Shown here piece by piece: positions 10,776-22,418 of a stretch of 64,000 nucleotides of DNA. The notes below the pieces were generated by a model. That model made no database searches and had not been told where the DNA came from. It was given only the letters and a program-made list of their open reading frames with translations. How positions within the stretch are numbered: position 1 is the first letter of the stretch; the number at the start of each line of letters is the position of its first letter. Origin of the DNA: Thermodesulfobacteriota bacterium (GTDB lineage Bacteria > Desulfobacterota > BSN033 > UBA1163); NCBI GenBank assembly GCA_026415035.1, contig JAOAHX010000003.1:80759-144758 (forward strand), in the 5' to 3' direction. Both the position numbers and the translations under genes were made by a program.

Positions 10776-12269
10776 TCAGGAGTTGGCGTTCTCGGGTTTC
10801 AGCTTCTTCTGGAGGCCGGAGGAGTATACCACGATGGCCGATTCTCCATCGACGGGACACTTATTTTCGCAGATCCCGCAGCCCGTGCACCTCTCCTCCT
10901 TCACGATCGGCCGCTTCTTCTCGTCGCCCACGATGGCGTGATAGGAGCACTGCTCGTTGCAGACCAGGCAGATCTTATCCGTATCCCAGGCGATGCATCG
11001 GGTCTTGTCGATGTGGGCCACGCCGACCTGGGTGAGCCTCTTCTCCTCGATCGTCAGGGGTCGGATGGCCTCGGTGGGGCAGACCCTTCCGCAGAAGTTG
11101 CAGAACTCTTCGCAGTACCCTATCCGGGGGACCAGCCTCGGGGTGTAAAGCCCGGCAAGGCCTGCCTCCAAGAAGGTCGATTGGAGGGCATTGTTGGGAC
11201 AGACCTTCAAACACTCGCCACACCCCGTGCAGACAGCGACGAAGGCCTCCTCCGGGAGGGCCCCTGGAGGTCGGATCAGGCGGTTATTCCTTATCCCGCT
11301 CTCCGTCTGGAGGGGATTGGTCTTGATCATCAGGGCGGTGGTCAGGCCAAAGGCGAAGGATCCCAGGACGTAGCGCCTTGAGAGATCGACCCCTTCCACG
11401 CTCTTCCATTTTGGGAGGCGAATATGGAAGGAGACCGCTTTGGGAGGGCAGTCGAGACAGTTAAGACAGGTGATACAATCCGGGTGGCGATAGGTTCTGG
11501 GCGCCTTCGCCGGGATGACCCCTACGGGACATTCCCGGACGCATTTCTGACACTGGGTACAACCCTCCGTCACGGTCCGTTTGAGGATCCGGAGCCTTGA
11601 GGTGATCGAGAAAAGGGTCCCCAAGGGACAGAGATAACGGCACCAGAATCGCTTTCGGATCATGCCGAGGCCGAGGAGGGTGACGAAGAAGAGGAAGATG
11701 AAGAGGTTGACCTTGAAGATGGGCAGGGGAATCGTCGAGGCGAGGAGGGAATTCCTCGGCAGAAGTTGCTGAATCTGAGGGAGGAGTTGATTGTAGAGGT
11801 AGACGGCCGGAGGGTAAAAGGAGATGATCAGGGTCCGGGTGATGAGGCTGATGGGGTCGACGAGGTACATCACCTGAAAGGCCATCCATCCGGCAACGAT
11901 GGAGAAGATGAACACGCCGTATCGCAACCTGCGGAGCATCCCGTCCTCGAAGGGTTGGGTCCGTTTCCTCTCCCTGAAGAGGACCCGATCGAAGAAGTCG
12001 ATCACCGCGCCCATGGGGCAGAACCACCCGCAGAAGAAGTTTCCGACGACCGCCATGAGGAGAAGGACCCCGAAAGCCGGAATCATCCTTTCGATGACCC
12101 CCTTGTGGCTCAGGGTTGAGATGAGGGCGATGAAGGGGTCGAGGCGAAGGTAGAGGTCGACCGGGATCCCAATCTCCAGGGGAAAGGCCGTCTTGAGGAC
12201 AAGATAGAGGAGAAAGAGGAAGGAGAGGGCTTGAACCGACCTCCTCGCCAGGGCGATCCAACGGTTCAT
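10776..12269 (-). CDS. NapH/MauN-like integral-membrane polyferredoxin with a C-terminal multi-[4Fe-4S] domain
   Basis: 497 aa. Membrane-embedded CGWFCPMG and [10 protein letters not shown] motifs are followed by about 6 ferredoxin-type Cys motifs ([36 protein letters not shown] and others). The start overlaps the upstream stop as ATGA. Confidence 0.85.
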   Translation of the reverse strand: MNRWIALARRSVQALSFLFLLYLVLKTAFPLEIGIPVDLYLRLDPFIALISTLSHKGVIERMIPAFGVLLLMAVVGNFFCGWFCPMGAVIDFFDRVLFRERKRTQPFEDGMLRRLRYGVFIFSIVAGWMAFQVMYLVDPISLITRTLIISFYPPAVYLYNQLLPQIQQLLPRNSLLASTIPLPIFKVNLFIFLFFVTLLGLGMIRKRFWCRYLCPLGTLFSITSRLRILKRTVTEGCTQCQKCVRECPVGVIPAKAPRTYRHPDCITCLNCLDCPPKAVSFHIRLPKWKSVEGVDLSRRYVLGSFAFGLTTALMIKTNPLQTESGIRNNRLIRPPGALPEEAFVAVCTGCGECLKVCPNNALQSTFLEAGLAGLYTPRLVPRIGYCEEFCNFCGRVCPTEAIRPLTIEEKRLTQVGVAHIDKTRCIAWDTDKICLVCNEQCSYHAIVGDEKKRPIVKEERCTGCGICENKCPVDGESAIVVYSSGLQKKLKPENANS

Positions 12270-13216
12270 GTGGCGCTGACCCTTTTCACCCGGACTTTCG
12301 AGAGATCGATCTCGCCCAGTCCCGCTTCGTAGCCCAACTTGATGAACTTGATCTCCCCGGGTGTAAAGGGTTTTCCGGTTTTGGGATTTTTAAAATAGGC
12401 CGCGGCGTAGGCATCGGCCGCCACCATGTCGGTGGCTGCGACCACCTCGTTAGGATCCTCCGTCTTCCCTGGCCCCTTGGGTCCGTTGGTGGTCAAAATC
12501 CGGATGGCATCGACGATGGTCAGGTCGGGCTTCCGAACGGTGCTGATATCGGCAATGCACTGGTGAAGATCGATCTTGTGCATGATCTCCATGTCCCAGG
12601 CGATCCCCATCAAGTTCTTCATGCCGAGGGTGACTTCCGTGGCAAAGTGATGTTTGGGAATGGGGAAGTTGATAAAGACGTCGGCTTCAAGGACGTCGAT
12701 CAAGACCTCGGCCGTCTTCAACTTCTTCGCCTTGGGGATATCCACATTTTTATAGACATTCCGGCCATGGCCTGAGAGGACGTCCGCCCCAGCCCTCTGC
12801 CCGGCCTCCTTCAACCCTGAGCGGGTAAAGGCAAACTGGTAATTATCGCAGGTATGGTCCCAGACCGCGACCCGTTTGGCTCCCGCCTCGTAGCACATCT
12901 TCACCAGCGCATAAAGGAGGTCGGGATTGTTTGTGCAGGCCTGCTCCGGCGTCCTGGCCCAGGCGATGTTGGCCTTGATCACCACCCTCTGCCCCTTCTT
13001 CACGAACCGCCCCATCCCTCCCAAGGGGGCCATGGCCGCCCGTAGGAGCTGGGCCGGCGTCCCGTTCTTCGCGATCACGAGGTCAGCATCGGCCGAGGCA
13101 TGGGCGAGGCTCCCGTAAAAAGGGAGAGACCCCATGACCATGGGGGTGGCGGCGATCGCAGTCGCTCCCTTTAGAAACTCTCTCCTGGTCAACTTTCTTC
13201 CTGAAGAATCGGCCAT
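12266..13216 (-). CDS. Tat-exported DUF362 domain protein
   Basis: 316 aa with the twin-arginine leader RKLTRREFLKGATAIAATPMV...AHA. The DUF362 core pattern (GGMGRFVKKGQRVVIKAN ... EADVFINFPIPKHH ... LTIVDAIR) is colinear with the ORF at 33916-35079. Confidence 0.8.
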   Translation of the reverse strand: MADSSGRKLTRREFLKGATAIAATPMVMGSLPFYGSLAHASADADLVIAKNGTPAQLLRAAMAPLGGMGRFVKKGQRVVIKANIAWARTPEQACTNNPDLLYALVKMCYEAGAKRVAVWDHTCDNYQFAFTRSGLKEAGQRAGADVLSGHGRNVYKNVDIPKAKKLKTAEVLIDVLEADVFINFPIPKHHFATEVTLGMKNLMGIAWDMEIMHKIDLHQCIADISTVRKPDLTIVDAIRILTTNGPKGPGKTEDPNEVVAATDMVAADAYAAAYFKNPKTGKPFTPGEIKFIKLGYEAGLGEIDLSKVRVKRVSAT

Positions 13217-13381
13217 CCTAATCTCCTTTTTTCAAAGCCCGAGGGAAGTGGAGTCCTCTGCCCAATAGGGGGAATGGGTTTCGTCCCCAGGTCATTTCTT
13301 TCAATCCTCGGCCCCTTAGGCCCGGTTCGAAGACCGAGGACGTTGGACCAAGCCCCACCTCAAAAGCGATGGTCCTTGATG

Positions 13382-14449
13382 TCAGGGTTTGAGGCTGAGA
13401 AACGAGGCCCCCCGGTCCGTCCCGAACCAGATGCCCTCTTTATCCTCAGCACTATAAAAAACCGTATTGCTTAGAAGACCATCGCCTGCGGTGATGGCGT
13501 CCCATTGCCGGGTTGGAAGGTCATGGACGCTCACGCCGTTGTCCCGACAGATGATGACCTTCTCTCGGACCCCGGTGATGAAATGGACCGCGCCTTGTCT
13601 CAAGGGGTCGGTTGGATCGATTCGCCTCCAACGATCCGAAGAGGGGTCATATTCATAAAGGCCACCACCCGCCCCTCCGGCCCAGATCCTCGAACCCACC
13701 TTGGCCAAGGCCTTAATCTCGACATCAACCAAGCCCTCTTTCTCTGTATAACTTTTCCAGAACTTCTTCGCCTTCTGAAGCCTGCTGACCCCTCCGTTGG
13801 TGGCGATCCAAAGGAAGTCTTGGTCGACCAAGATCGAGTTGACAAAATTTCCTGAAAGGCCGTCCCGGGTGGAATAGAACTGCTTCCACTCTTCGGTCGA
13901 CTTCTCCAGAAGGGAGAGGCCTTTTTCCGAACCCACCCAGAGGAGATTTCCATCCACCCCCATCGCATTGATCTTCTTTGCCCTTCCGTTATTGGTGTTA
14001 AAGGTCTTCCAGGGTGGGTTCTTCTTCGGGTGGTAGTAGGAGATCCCGCCTCCCCCAAAACCGTAAAAGTACGTGCCGAACCAGATCCGGTCTGTATCGA
14101 TCGCGATGACCGAGACATGATTATAGGCAAGATGATTCTTCCACCGGATGCTCTCCCCATCATCGACCTTCACCACCGGCTCCCCTTTGGTGGTGTAATG
14201 TTTAAAACTCTTCTTCGATTTTTCATAGAGCGTGGCCCCCCCTTCATAAGTTCCGAACCAGACCTCGTCCCCTTGGACCCCGATCGAGAGGACCATATTG
14301 CTTGAAAGGCCCTCCCTCTGCGTCAAGTGTTGAAAAACGAGGGGTCTCTTAAGAACCCCTGCATGGGAAGGGAGGCTACCGAATCCAAGGAGCCCGAGAA
14401 AAGTCAAAAACAGAAGAAAGGCCTGGAGCATAGGAAAACCTCGAACCAT
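13382..14449 (-). CDS. secreted beta-propeller protein (two-component-regulator-propeller/Reg_prop repeats)
   Basis: About 7 repeats of the (G)LSSN.V.SI..D....WFGT type. The signal peptide is MVRGFPMLQAFLLFLTFLGLLGFGSLPSHA. The track start at 14566 is probably over-extended. Start is 14449, or 14431 (the latter has GAGG 8 nt upstream). Confidence 0.7.
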   Translation of the reverse strand: MVRGFPMLQAFLLFLTFLGLLGFGSLPSHAGVLKRPLVFQHLTQREGLSSNMVLSIGVQGDEVWFGTYEGGATLYEKSKKSFKHYTTKGEPVVKVDDGESIRWKNHLAYNHVSVIAIDTDRIWFGTYFYGFGGGGISYYHPKKNPPWKTFNTNNGRAKKINAMGVDGNLLWVGSEKGLSLLEKSTEEWKQFYSTRDGLSGNFVNSILVDQDFLWIATNGGVSRLQKAKKFWKSYTEKEGLVDVEIKALAKVGSRIWAGGAGGGLYEYDPSSDRWRRIDPTDPLRQGAVHFITGVREKVIICRDNGVSVHDLPTRQWDAITAGDGLLSNTVFYSAEDKEGIWFGTDRGASFLSLKP

Positions 14450-14747
14450 TAAAGGCTTAACCCTAATGGATCTATTATGTAGGAATCCCTTCCGATTTTT
14501 CAACCTCAGATCAGCCTCCCTCTCGGAAGGCCGGTTCCTGAAAGTTTGACCTTGACAATAAATCAAAGGATGATTACCTATTGGGCAGTTTTATGGCTGA
14601 TTTTGCCCCCTCGATCCCCTTGGAGGAAATGAGAAGCTTAATTATTGAAAATTTTTAATGTTTTTGAGGAGGTGGTGCTCGGCCCGTCGACCGTTCCTTC
14701 AAAATTTCTGACCCGTTTAATTCTCAATAAGAAAGGAGAACCGAAAG

Positions 14748-16714
<1,967 letters not shown>

Positions 16715-16742
16715 ACGCTTAGCCGCCATGGGAAGAACCGAG

Positions 16743-16778
16743 GACGGCCTGGAACGACTCCAGGCCGTCTCTTTTTGT
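16743..16778 (+). terminator. rho-independent terminator after groEL
   Basis: An 11-bp perfect stem GACGGCCTGGA / TCCAGGCCGTC with a 5-nt loop, followed by TCTTTTTGT. Confidence 0.75.
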
Positions 16779-16825
16779 AAGGGTTATTTGCATTTGTCGG
16801 GAAAGAGAGGTAAGATGTTTCTGGC

Positions 16826-17758
16826 ATGGAAGGGGCCCACCTGCCGATCGATTTCCGGCATCTCGAGACCTTCTGTCGGGTCGCCACCCTGAAGAGCTTC
16901 TCGAAGGCGGCCGAGGCACTCTACCTCACCCAGCCCACGGTGAGCGGCCACATCCTCACCCTTGAAAAATCTCTCTCCCTCCGATTGCTCGACCGGAACC
17001 GGAGAGGGGTTCAATTGACAAAGGCCGGGGAGATCCTTTACCGGTTTGCCACGAAACTCCTCACCACGAAAAAGGAACTGCTCAATGCCCTGAGCGAATT
17101 TTCGGAGGGGCTCCGGGGGGAGCTCAACCTCGGGGCAAGCACCATCCCCGGAGAATATCTCCTGCCGGGGATCTTAAGGGAATTTAAAGAAATCTACCCC
17201 TCCTTAACCGTTTCGGTCAAGATCGCCGATACCCGGGAGATCGTCAAAAACCTCCTCGATGGGGGGGTCGAATTCGGTCTGGTAGGAGCGAAGGCAAAAC
17301 ACCCTTCCCTCCAATTTGAAACCTTCGCCGAGGATGAAATCATCGTCATCGGCCCCCCACACTCTCCCTGGTCTCGCCAAAAAAATATCAAGATGGACGC
17401 CTTGATGAGAGAACCCTGGATCCTCCGGGAAGAAGGGTCAGGAACACGGATGGCGGTGGAAAGCGCGCTCAAGAGGAAGGGAAGGAGCTTGAAACAGTTC
17501 CATGAGGTAATGCAGATGGGGAGCACCTCGGCCATTAAGGAGGGGGTCAAAGCGGGTCTTGGGTTGGCCTTCATCTCGAAGAGGGCAGTGGAAGAGGAAT
17601 TGGCCAGGGGAAACCTTTCCAAGATCGATATGGACGGTATCGACCCCGTTCTTCGGCCCATCTATATCGTCTCAATTCGTGGAAGGACCCTCTCTCCCTT
17701 GGCAACGGCCTTTCTACGCTTTCTCAAGAAAAACCGAAAGGATTTTGCATCGAAATGA
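16826..17758 (+). CDS. LysR-family transcriptional regulator
   Basis: 310 aa with the N-terminal wHTH (LETFCRVATLKSFSKAAEALYLTQPTVSGHILTLEKSL) and a LysR substrate-binding domain. Confidence 0.9.
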   Translation: MEGAHLPIDFRHLETFCRVATLKSFSKAAEALYLTQPTVSGHILTLEKSLSLRLLDRNRRGVQLTKAGEILYRFATKLLTTKKELLNALSEFSEGLRGELNLGASTIPGEYLLPGILREFKEIYPSLTVSVKIADTREIVKNLLDGGVEFGLVGAKAKHPSLQFETFAEDEIIVIGPPHSPWSRQKNIKMDALMREPWILREEGSGTRMAVESALKRKGRSLKQFHEVMQMGSTSAIKEGVKAGLGLAFISKRAVEEELARGNLSKIDMDGIDPVLRPIYIVSIRGRTLSPLATAFLRFLKKNRKDFASK

Positions 17759-18501
17759 GCTGGCTCGTTTCGTTGGGCATCTCCCTGCTCTGCCACTCCC
17801 TTGTGGCGGTGCTCCTCAGCCTGAATCCGTGGCCTTCCTCCCTCCAGCCCCCTCCTACAGCCTACACGGTGATGCTCATGCCTGTGACCCTGGCTGAGCC
17901 TCTCCCCCTGGCTCCTACCTCGACCCCGCTCCCCGACGAGCTCAGAACCCCTTCCCACGAGAGGACCAGACCTGTCTCCAAACCGAGCAAAGGAGAGATC
18001 GTCGAAAAGGTGAAGAAGAGGGAGGAGAACAGGGAAGTCCTTGAGCGACTCGAGAAGGCCATGGAGGAGATCCGAAAACAAGCGGCCCTCGATGCCATCC
18101 AAAAAAGGGTGGAAAAGAGGGAGGCAGCCCCTCCGCCCGTGCCCATCCCTTCTCCCCAGCCATCCGCGACCTCTCCCATAGCGCCTTCTCCCTCTCTCTC
18201 GGGGGTTCCAAGGCAATCGAAATTGAACGAATACTACGGCTGGATATGGGCGAGGATCAAGTCCTCCTGGACCATCCCCGAACCGCTCCTCCGGGAAGGG
18301 ATTGACTTAGAAACGATTATTGTCATAATAATAGACAGAGAGGGCAGGGTTCGAAGGGCATGGTTTGAGAAGAGGTCGGGCAATTCCCTCTATGATCAAA
18401 TGGCGATGAGAGCGATTATCAAAGCGGACCCCCTCCCTCCCATACCGAAAGAACTGGATCTCGAAACCCTGGAGGTCGGCATCCGCTTTATCCCTGATTA
18501 G
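17755..18501 (+). CDS. TonB-C-domain protein (TolA/TonB-like energy transducer)
   Basis: 248 aa with an N-terminal TM helix, a Pro-rich spacer, a charged helix, and a C-terminal TonB-type domain (YYGWIWARIKSSWTIP...DREGRV). It lies directly upstream of tolB. There is an ATGA overlap with the LysR gene. Confidence 0.75.
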   Translation: MSWLVSLGISLLCHSLVAVLLSLNPWPSSLQPPPTAYTVMLMPVTLAEPLPLAPTSTPLPDELRTPSHERTRPVSKPSKGEIVEKVKKREENREVLERLEKAMEEIRKQAALDAIQKRVEKREAAPPPVPIPSPQPSATSPIAPSPSLSGVPRQSKLNEYYGWIWARIKSSWTIPEPLLREGIDLETIIVIIIDREGRVRRAWFEKRSGNSLYDQMAMRAIIKADPLPPIPKELDLETLEVGIRFIPD

Positions 18502-19815
18502 ATGACCAAGATGATCCGAACCCTTGCCCTCTCGTTGTGCCTCCTCCTGGCGATGAACGCCTCGGCCTGGGCGAGGGTCTACCTCGACATCAACGCCCCG
18601 GCCTTTGTCCAGATCCCGATCGTCCTCCCCCAATGGAAATCCCTGGACCGAACCCCCTCTCCCATCACGGCCAAAATCTATGAGGTTCTGGTCGAGAACC
18701 TCAAACTCTCCGGATTCTTCAGGGTGATCGACCACCCCCTCCTCCCTGTTCATCTCAAGGACAGGGAGGGGATCCCCAGCATGCTCTCCCTCAACGAGTG
18801 GGCGGTCACAAGGGGCGAAATCCTCCTCGGAGGCGAGGTCCTCTTCGAGGGAGAAGGCCTCCACCTCCAAATGAAATTCCATTTGATCGACCTGGTCGAG
18901 CGAAAACACCTCGCAGGAAAACATCTTAGCGGACCCCTGCAGCATCTGAGAAATATGGTCCATCGAGTCGTGGATGAAACGATCTTCCATCTGACCGGGG
19001 AGAGAGGGGTCCACCAGACGAAGATCGCCTATGTGATGCGGCATGGGGAGAGCCGGGAGATCTATGTGGCCGATTTTGATGGGGCCAATGTGAGACCGGT
19101 GACTCAAAACCAGTCGATCAACCTCTCCCCGGCCTGGTCTCCCGATGGCCAGAAGATCGCCTTCACCTCCTATCTTAAACGAAACCCGGACCTCTATCTG
19201 TTTGATCTCCAACGAAAACAGATGCAGATCCTCTCTTCGTTTCCAGGGCTCAACGCCTCTCCCTCCTGGTCACCCGATGGCAAACGAATCGCCCTCATGC
19301 TGGGAAAGGAGGGAAAGTCTGACATTTACCTCATCGATGCCAACGGGACGAATCCGAAGAGGCTCACCAGTGGCCACGGGAATGAATCCACTCCGAGGTG
19401 GTCTCCCGATGGCCGGGAGATCGTCTTCTCGTCGGATCGTTCGGGCTCCCCCCAGATCTACATCATGTCAGCAGACGGGTCGAACGTCCGGCGCCTCACC
19501 TTCGAAGGGAATTACAATGTGAGCCCATCCTGGTCGCCCAAAGGAGAGCAGATCGCCTATTGCGGAAGGGTCGGTGGACATTTCCACATCTTCACGATCG
19601 GCGTGGACGGGTCCGGACTAAAAAAATTGACCCCAGATGGAACGAACAACGAAAGCCCTTGCTGGTCGCCGGACGGACGATACATCGCCTTCGCCTCCAA
19701 CCGCCTTGGAGGGTCAAAGATCTTCATCATGAATGCCAATGGGTCGAATCAGAGGCCCCTGACGCCTTCCAAGGGCGGGGAATCAAGCCCGGCCTGGTCC
19801 AGCCGGCCGGAATAG
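18502..19815 (+). CDS. tolB: Tol-Pal system beta-propeller protein TolB
   Basis: 437 aa with a signal peptide and repeated SP.WSPDG..I(A/V)F propeller blades. Confidence 0.92.
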   Translation: MTKMIRTLALSLCLLLAMNASAWARVYLDINAPAFVQIPIVLPQWKSLDRTPSPITAKIYEVLVENLKLSGFFRVIDHPLLPVHLKDREGIPSMLSLNEWAVTRGEILLGGEVLFEGEGLHLQMKFHLIDLVERKHLAGKHLSGPLQHLRNMVHRVVDETIFHLTGERGVHQTKIAYVMRHGESREIYVADFDGANVRPVTQNQSINLSPAWSPDGQKIAFTSYLKRNPDLYLFDLQRKQMQILSSFPGLNASPSWSPDGKRIALMLGKEGKSDIYLIDANGTNPKRLTSGHGNESTPRWSPDGREIVFSSDRSGSPQIYIMSADGSNVRRLTFEGNYNVSPSWSPKGEQIAYCGRVGGHFHIFTIGVDGSGLKKLTPDGTNNESPCWSPDGRYIAFASNRLGGSKIFIMNANGSNQRPLTPSKGGESSPAWSSRPE

Positions 19816-19857
19816 AAAGGGGCCCTCGTAGGAAATTGATTCAGAAGGAGGTCGACT

Positions 19858-20508
19858 ATGAAGCCCAAACCCTACGCAATCCCCACGCTCTTCGTCCTCT
19901 TCCTTGGATTACTCCTCTTCGGCTGTCCCAAAAAAACGGTGATGAAGGATGAGCCCTCGGTGGCTCAGCGCGAGGCCGCCAAGGTGGAAGCCGAACGTGC
20001 CGCCAAGGAGAGAGAGGCGAAGGAGGCCAAAGAGAGGGAACTGAAAGAGAAAGAGCGGAGAGAGATGGAGGCGGCCAAGGCCAAGGAGAGGGAGGAGCAG
20101 GCCCGCAGGGAATTCGAAAAGAGCCTGGTCCCCAGGAAGACTCCCGGCATCGAAGGGGTGGTCTTCGAAAGCAGCATGCTCAAAATGATTCACTTCGACT
20201 TTGACAAATACGATATCCGGCCCCAGGATGCGGAGATCCTGAAGCAGAACGCCGAGGTCTTAAAAAGGTTCCCTTCGGTAAAAATCCAGATCGAGGGCCA
20301 TTGCGATGAGAGGGGCACGGAAGAATACAATCTCGCCCTCGGGGAGAGGCGAGCCAACAGCACAAAGAAGTACCTCATCTCTCTTGGCATCGCGGCAGAC
20401 CGCATGACGACGATCAGTTATGGCGAGGAAAGGCCCCTCGACCCAGGACACAATGAAGAGGCCTGGTCCAAAAATCGCAGAGCCCAGTTCGTCATCATCG
20501 CCAAATAG
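19858..20508 (+). CDS. pal: peptidoglycan-associated lipoprotein Pal (OmpA-C domain) with a long Lys/Glu-rich linker
   Basis: Lipobox LLLFGC and the OmpA-like core [10 protein letters not shown]...[20 protein letters not shown]. Confidence 0.9.
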   Translation: MKPKPYAIPTLFVLFLGLLLFGCPKKTVMKDEPSVAQREAAKVEAERAAKEREAKEAKERELKEKERREMEAAKAKEREEQARREFEKSLVPRKTPGIEGVVFESSMLKMIHFDFDKYDIRPQDAEILKQNAEVLKRFPSVKIQIEGHCDERGTEEYNLALGERRANSTKKYLISLGIAADRMTTISYGEERPLDPGHNEEAWSKNRRAQFVIIAK

Positions 20509-20532
20509 GAACAGGACGCTGAGGAGGGAGCG

Positions 20533-21531
20533 ATGGGCAGGCTGGAGGGAAAGATAGGGATCGGGATCCTTGGACTCTACGTCCTTCTGTCCGGGTGTGC
20601 CACCCCAGGGGATATTCGGATGCTGGACCGAGAGATCCAGAGGCTCGATGGGCAACTGGTGCAACTCCAGAAGGAGAATGAGGCGGTCAAAAGAGAGATG
20701 AAGCGGGAACTCGAGGCTCTCCGGGCCGACCTGTCGACCCTCAAGAGAGAGACCGAAACGAATCAAATGGCCCAACAGGCCGAACACCAGAAGACCCGGG
20801 CCGACCTCCTGTTGCGCCTCGAAACCCTCCAAACGGAACTTCGGACCCTCTCCACAGGCGTGGACGAGTACAAACAGTATCTCAGGACGCCGTCGAAGGA
20901 GATCGCCCGGATGAGGGAGGATACCGAAGTCCGCCTGAGGATCTTGGAAGAGAAGGGGAAGGCCTTCGAGGAGCGGACCCGGTCCCTCGAGGAGAGGAAT
21001 CGGGCTTTGGAGGAGAGAAATCGAATTTACGAGGAGCGGTTGAAAGGGGTGGAGAGGGCGACCGAGGACCGGCTCAAGGGGGTGGAGGCGAAGTTGACCG
21101 AACTGGAAAGCGCAATCCCCTCCAGAGAGTCTATGGCCGAACCCAGGGCCATTTCCACCACCCCTGCCGCATTATATAAAGAGGCCTACGAAACCTTTCA
21201 GAAAGGAGACCTCGAAGGGGCCAGGAGGAAGTTCGAGGCCTTTCTCAAGACCTATCCCAACACGGATCTTTCGGACAACGCCCAGTTCTGGATCGGTGAG
21301 ACCTACTACCTTAAGAAGGATTATGAGAAGGCGATTCTCGAATATGAGAAGGTGATCGCCCGGTATCCGGAAGGCGACAAGGTCCCCTCCGCCCTGCTTA
21401 AACAGGGGCTCGCCTTTCTCGAATTGGGCGACAAGGGCAATGCCCGAAGCCTCCTCCGAAGGGTGATCGAGCGATACCCCCAGACCGAACAGGCGGAAAC
21501 CGCCAGAAAGAGAATCGATCTGATCAAGTGA
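20533..21531 (+). CDS. cpoB: cell-division coordinator CpoB/YbgF (coiled coil plus TPR)
   Basis: 332 aa with a lipoprotein-like leader (LLSGC), a long coiled coil, and the C-terminal YbgF-type TPR (AQFWIGETYYLKKDYEKAILEYEKVIARYP). Confidence 0.85.
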   Translation: MGRLEGKIGIGILGLYVLLSGCATPGDIRMLDREIQRLDGQLVQLQKENEAVKREMKRELEALRADLSTLKRETETNQMAQQAEHQKTRADLLLRLETLQTELRTLSTGVDEYKQYLRTPSKEIARMREDTEVRLRILEEKGKAFEERTRSLEERNRALEERNRIYEERLKGVERATEDRLKGVEAKLTELESAIPSRESMAEPRAISTTPAALYKEAYETFQKGDLEGARRKFEAFLKTYPNTDLSDNAQFWIGETYYLKKDYEKAILEYEKVIARYPEGDKVPSALLKQGLAFLELGDKGNARSLLRRVIERYPQTEQAETARKRIDLIK

Positions 21532-21543
21532 GGGAAAACCGGA

Positions 21544-21765
21544 TCACTTCCGGAAGAGGGTGAAGAGGAGCGTCAACAGGAGACTGATGAGGATGGAGGT
21601 CGTTAAGGGGAAGTAGAAGGTGAATCGCTCCTTCTTGATCAGGATGTCTCCCGGAAGTCTCCCGATCCAGGGGATCTTATCCCCCACCATGAGGAGTAGG
21701 CCCGTGAGGGCGATCAAGACGCCGACCAGAAGAAGGATCTTCCCCAAGGCATCGGATCCGAACAT
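21544..21765 (-). CDS. DUF2905 family small membrane protein
   Basis: 73 aa with GRLPGDILIKKERFTFYFPLTTSILIS, as in DUF2905. It abuts the queH stop. Confidence 0.6.
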   Translation of the reverse strand: MFGSDALGKILLLVGVLIALTGLLLMVGDKIPWIGRLPGDILIKKERFTFYFPLTTSILISLLLTLLFTLFRK

Positions 21766-22347
21766 TCAACTCACCTCCTTTCGGTCTTTTTGGCCTCCTG
21801 GGGATTCTTTCAGGGGAACCCTCCCCATAAACCGTTCCTTCTCGCTGTAGATGCACCCGCAATAGGACTGGCGATACAATCCGAGGGCCCGCGACATTTC
21901 AAGCCCCCTCTTCCATCCCCGCCGATAATCCTCATAATGGAAGGGGATCCCAACCCCCCTGCCGACCCTCTCCCCGATCTCCCTGATCTGCTGGTGATCT
22001 TGATGAATGCTCTGAAGCAGGGTCGTAGAAAAACGGTCGTATCCCCCCTTAAGCGCCTCTCGGGCTGTGGCCTCGAGGCGGAAGGTATAGCAGAAATGGC
22101 ATCGCTCCTTGAAACGGTGGGCCACCCCCTTTAAAAACTCTTCAAGGAGATATTCGTCCCGATAGATCACCTCGATCCGGCCGCGTTCCGAATATGCTTT
22201 GAGGGCCTCCAGACGTCTCCGGTATTCCTGATAGGGGTGGATGTTGGGATTGAAGAAGTAACCGGTGACCTCATCCCCCCTATCCCGGATCGCCTCGATC
22301 GGGAAGATGGCGCAGTTGGCACAGCAGATATGGAGAAGAATTCTCAT
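21766..22347 (-). CDS. queH: epoxyqueuosine reductase QueH (DUF208)
   Basis: 193 aa with the LLHICCANCA N-terminus, downstream Cys (CHFCY, CGCIYS), and the length typical of QueH. Confidence 0.85.
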   Translation of the reverse strand: MRILLHICCANCAIFPIEAIRDRGDEVTGYFFNPNIHPYQEYRRRLEALKAYSERGRIEVIYRDEYLLEEFLKGVAHRFKERCHFCYTFRLEATAREALKGGYDRFSTTLLQSIHQDHQQIREIGERVGRGVGIPFHYEDYRRGWKRGLEMSRALGLYRQSYCGCIYSEKERFMGRVPLKESPGGQKDRKEVS

Positions 22348-22418
22348 CCCCTCTCCGGTTCCTTTCGAAGTCCACCCTCCCAGTCCGACTTCCGACCTCC
22401 TCTCCCTTCGGCCTGGGT

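Noticed and set aside
9704-11035. 443-aa plus-strand ORF antisense to uvrB and the polyferredoxin gene.
   Set aside because: It spans two real genes and their intergenic gap on the wrong strand, and its sequence is low complexity.
13300-13345. A GGTTCGAAG segment resembling a tRNA T-loop in the DUF362/propeller intergenic region.
   Set aside because: The flanking bases do not form a T-stem, and no acceptor or anticodon arms can be drawn. It is more likely part of a weak terminator hairpin (CCTCGG...CCGAGG).
14567-14747. I looked for a CIRCE/HrcA operator (TTAGCACTC-N9-GAGTGCTAA) or a sigma-32 promoter upstream of groES.
   Set aside because: No acceptable match to either consensus was found by eye. 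Only AT-rich sequence and a weak TTGACA-N17-TACCTA candidate are present, so no feature was called.
19960-20110. Purine-rich, quasi-repetitive DNA (GAGAGAGG/AAGGAG units).
   Set aside because: It encodes the Lys/Glu/Ala-rich linker of Pal ([21 protein letters not shown]) in frame. It is coding low complexity, not a repeat element.
20880-21080. Tandem-like repeats in cpoB (EERTRSLEERNRALEERNRIYEERLKG).
   Set aside because: This is the heptad-like coiled-coil region expected for the CpoB/YbgF N-terminus, and the repeats are imperfect at the DNA level.
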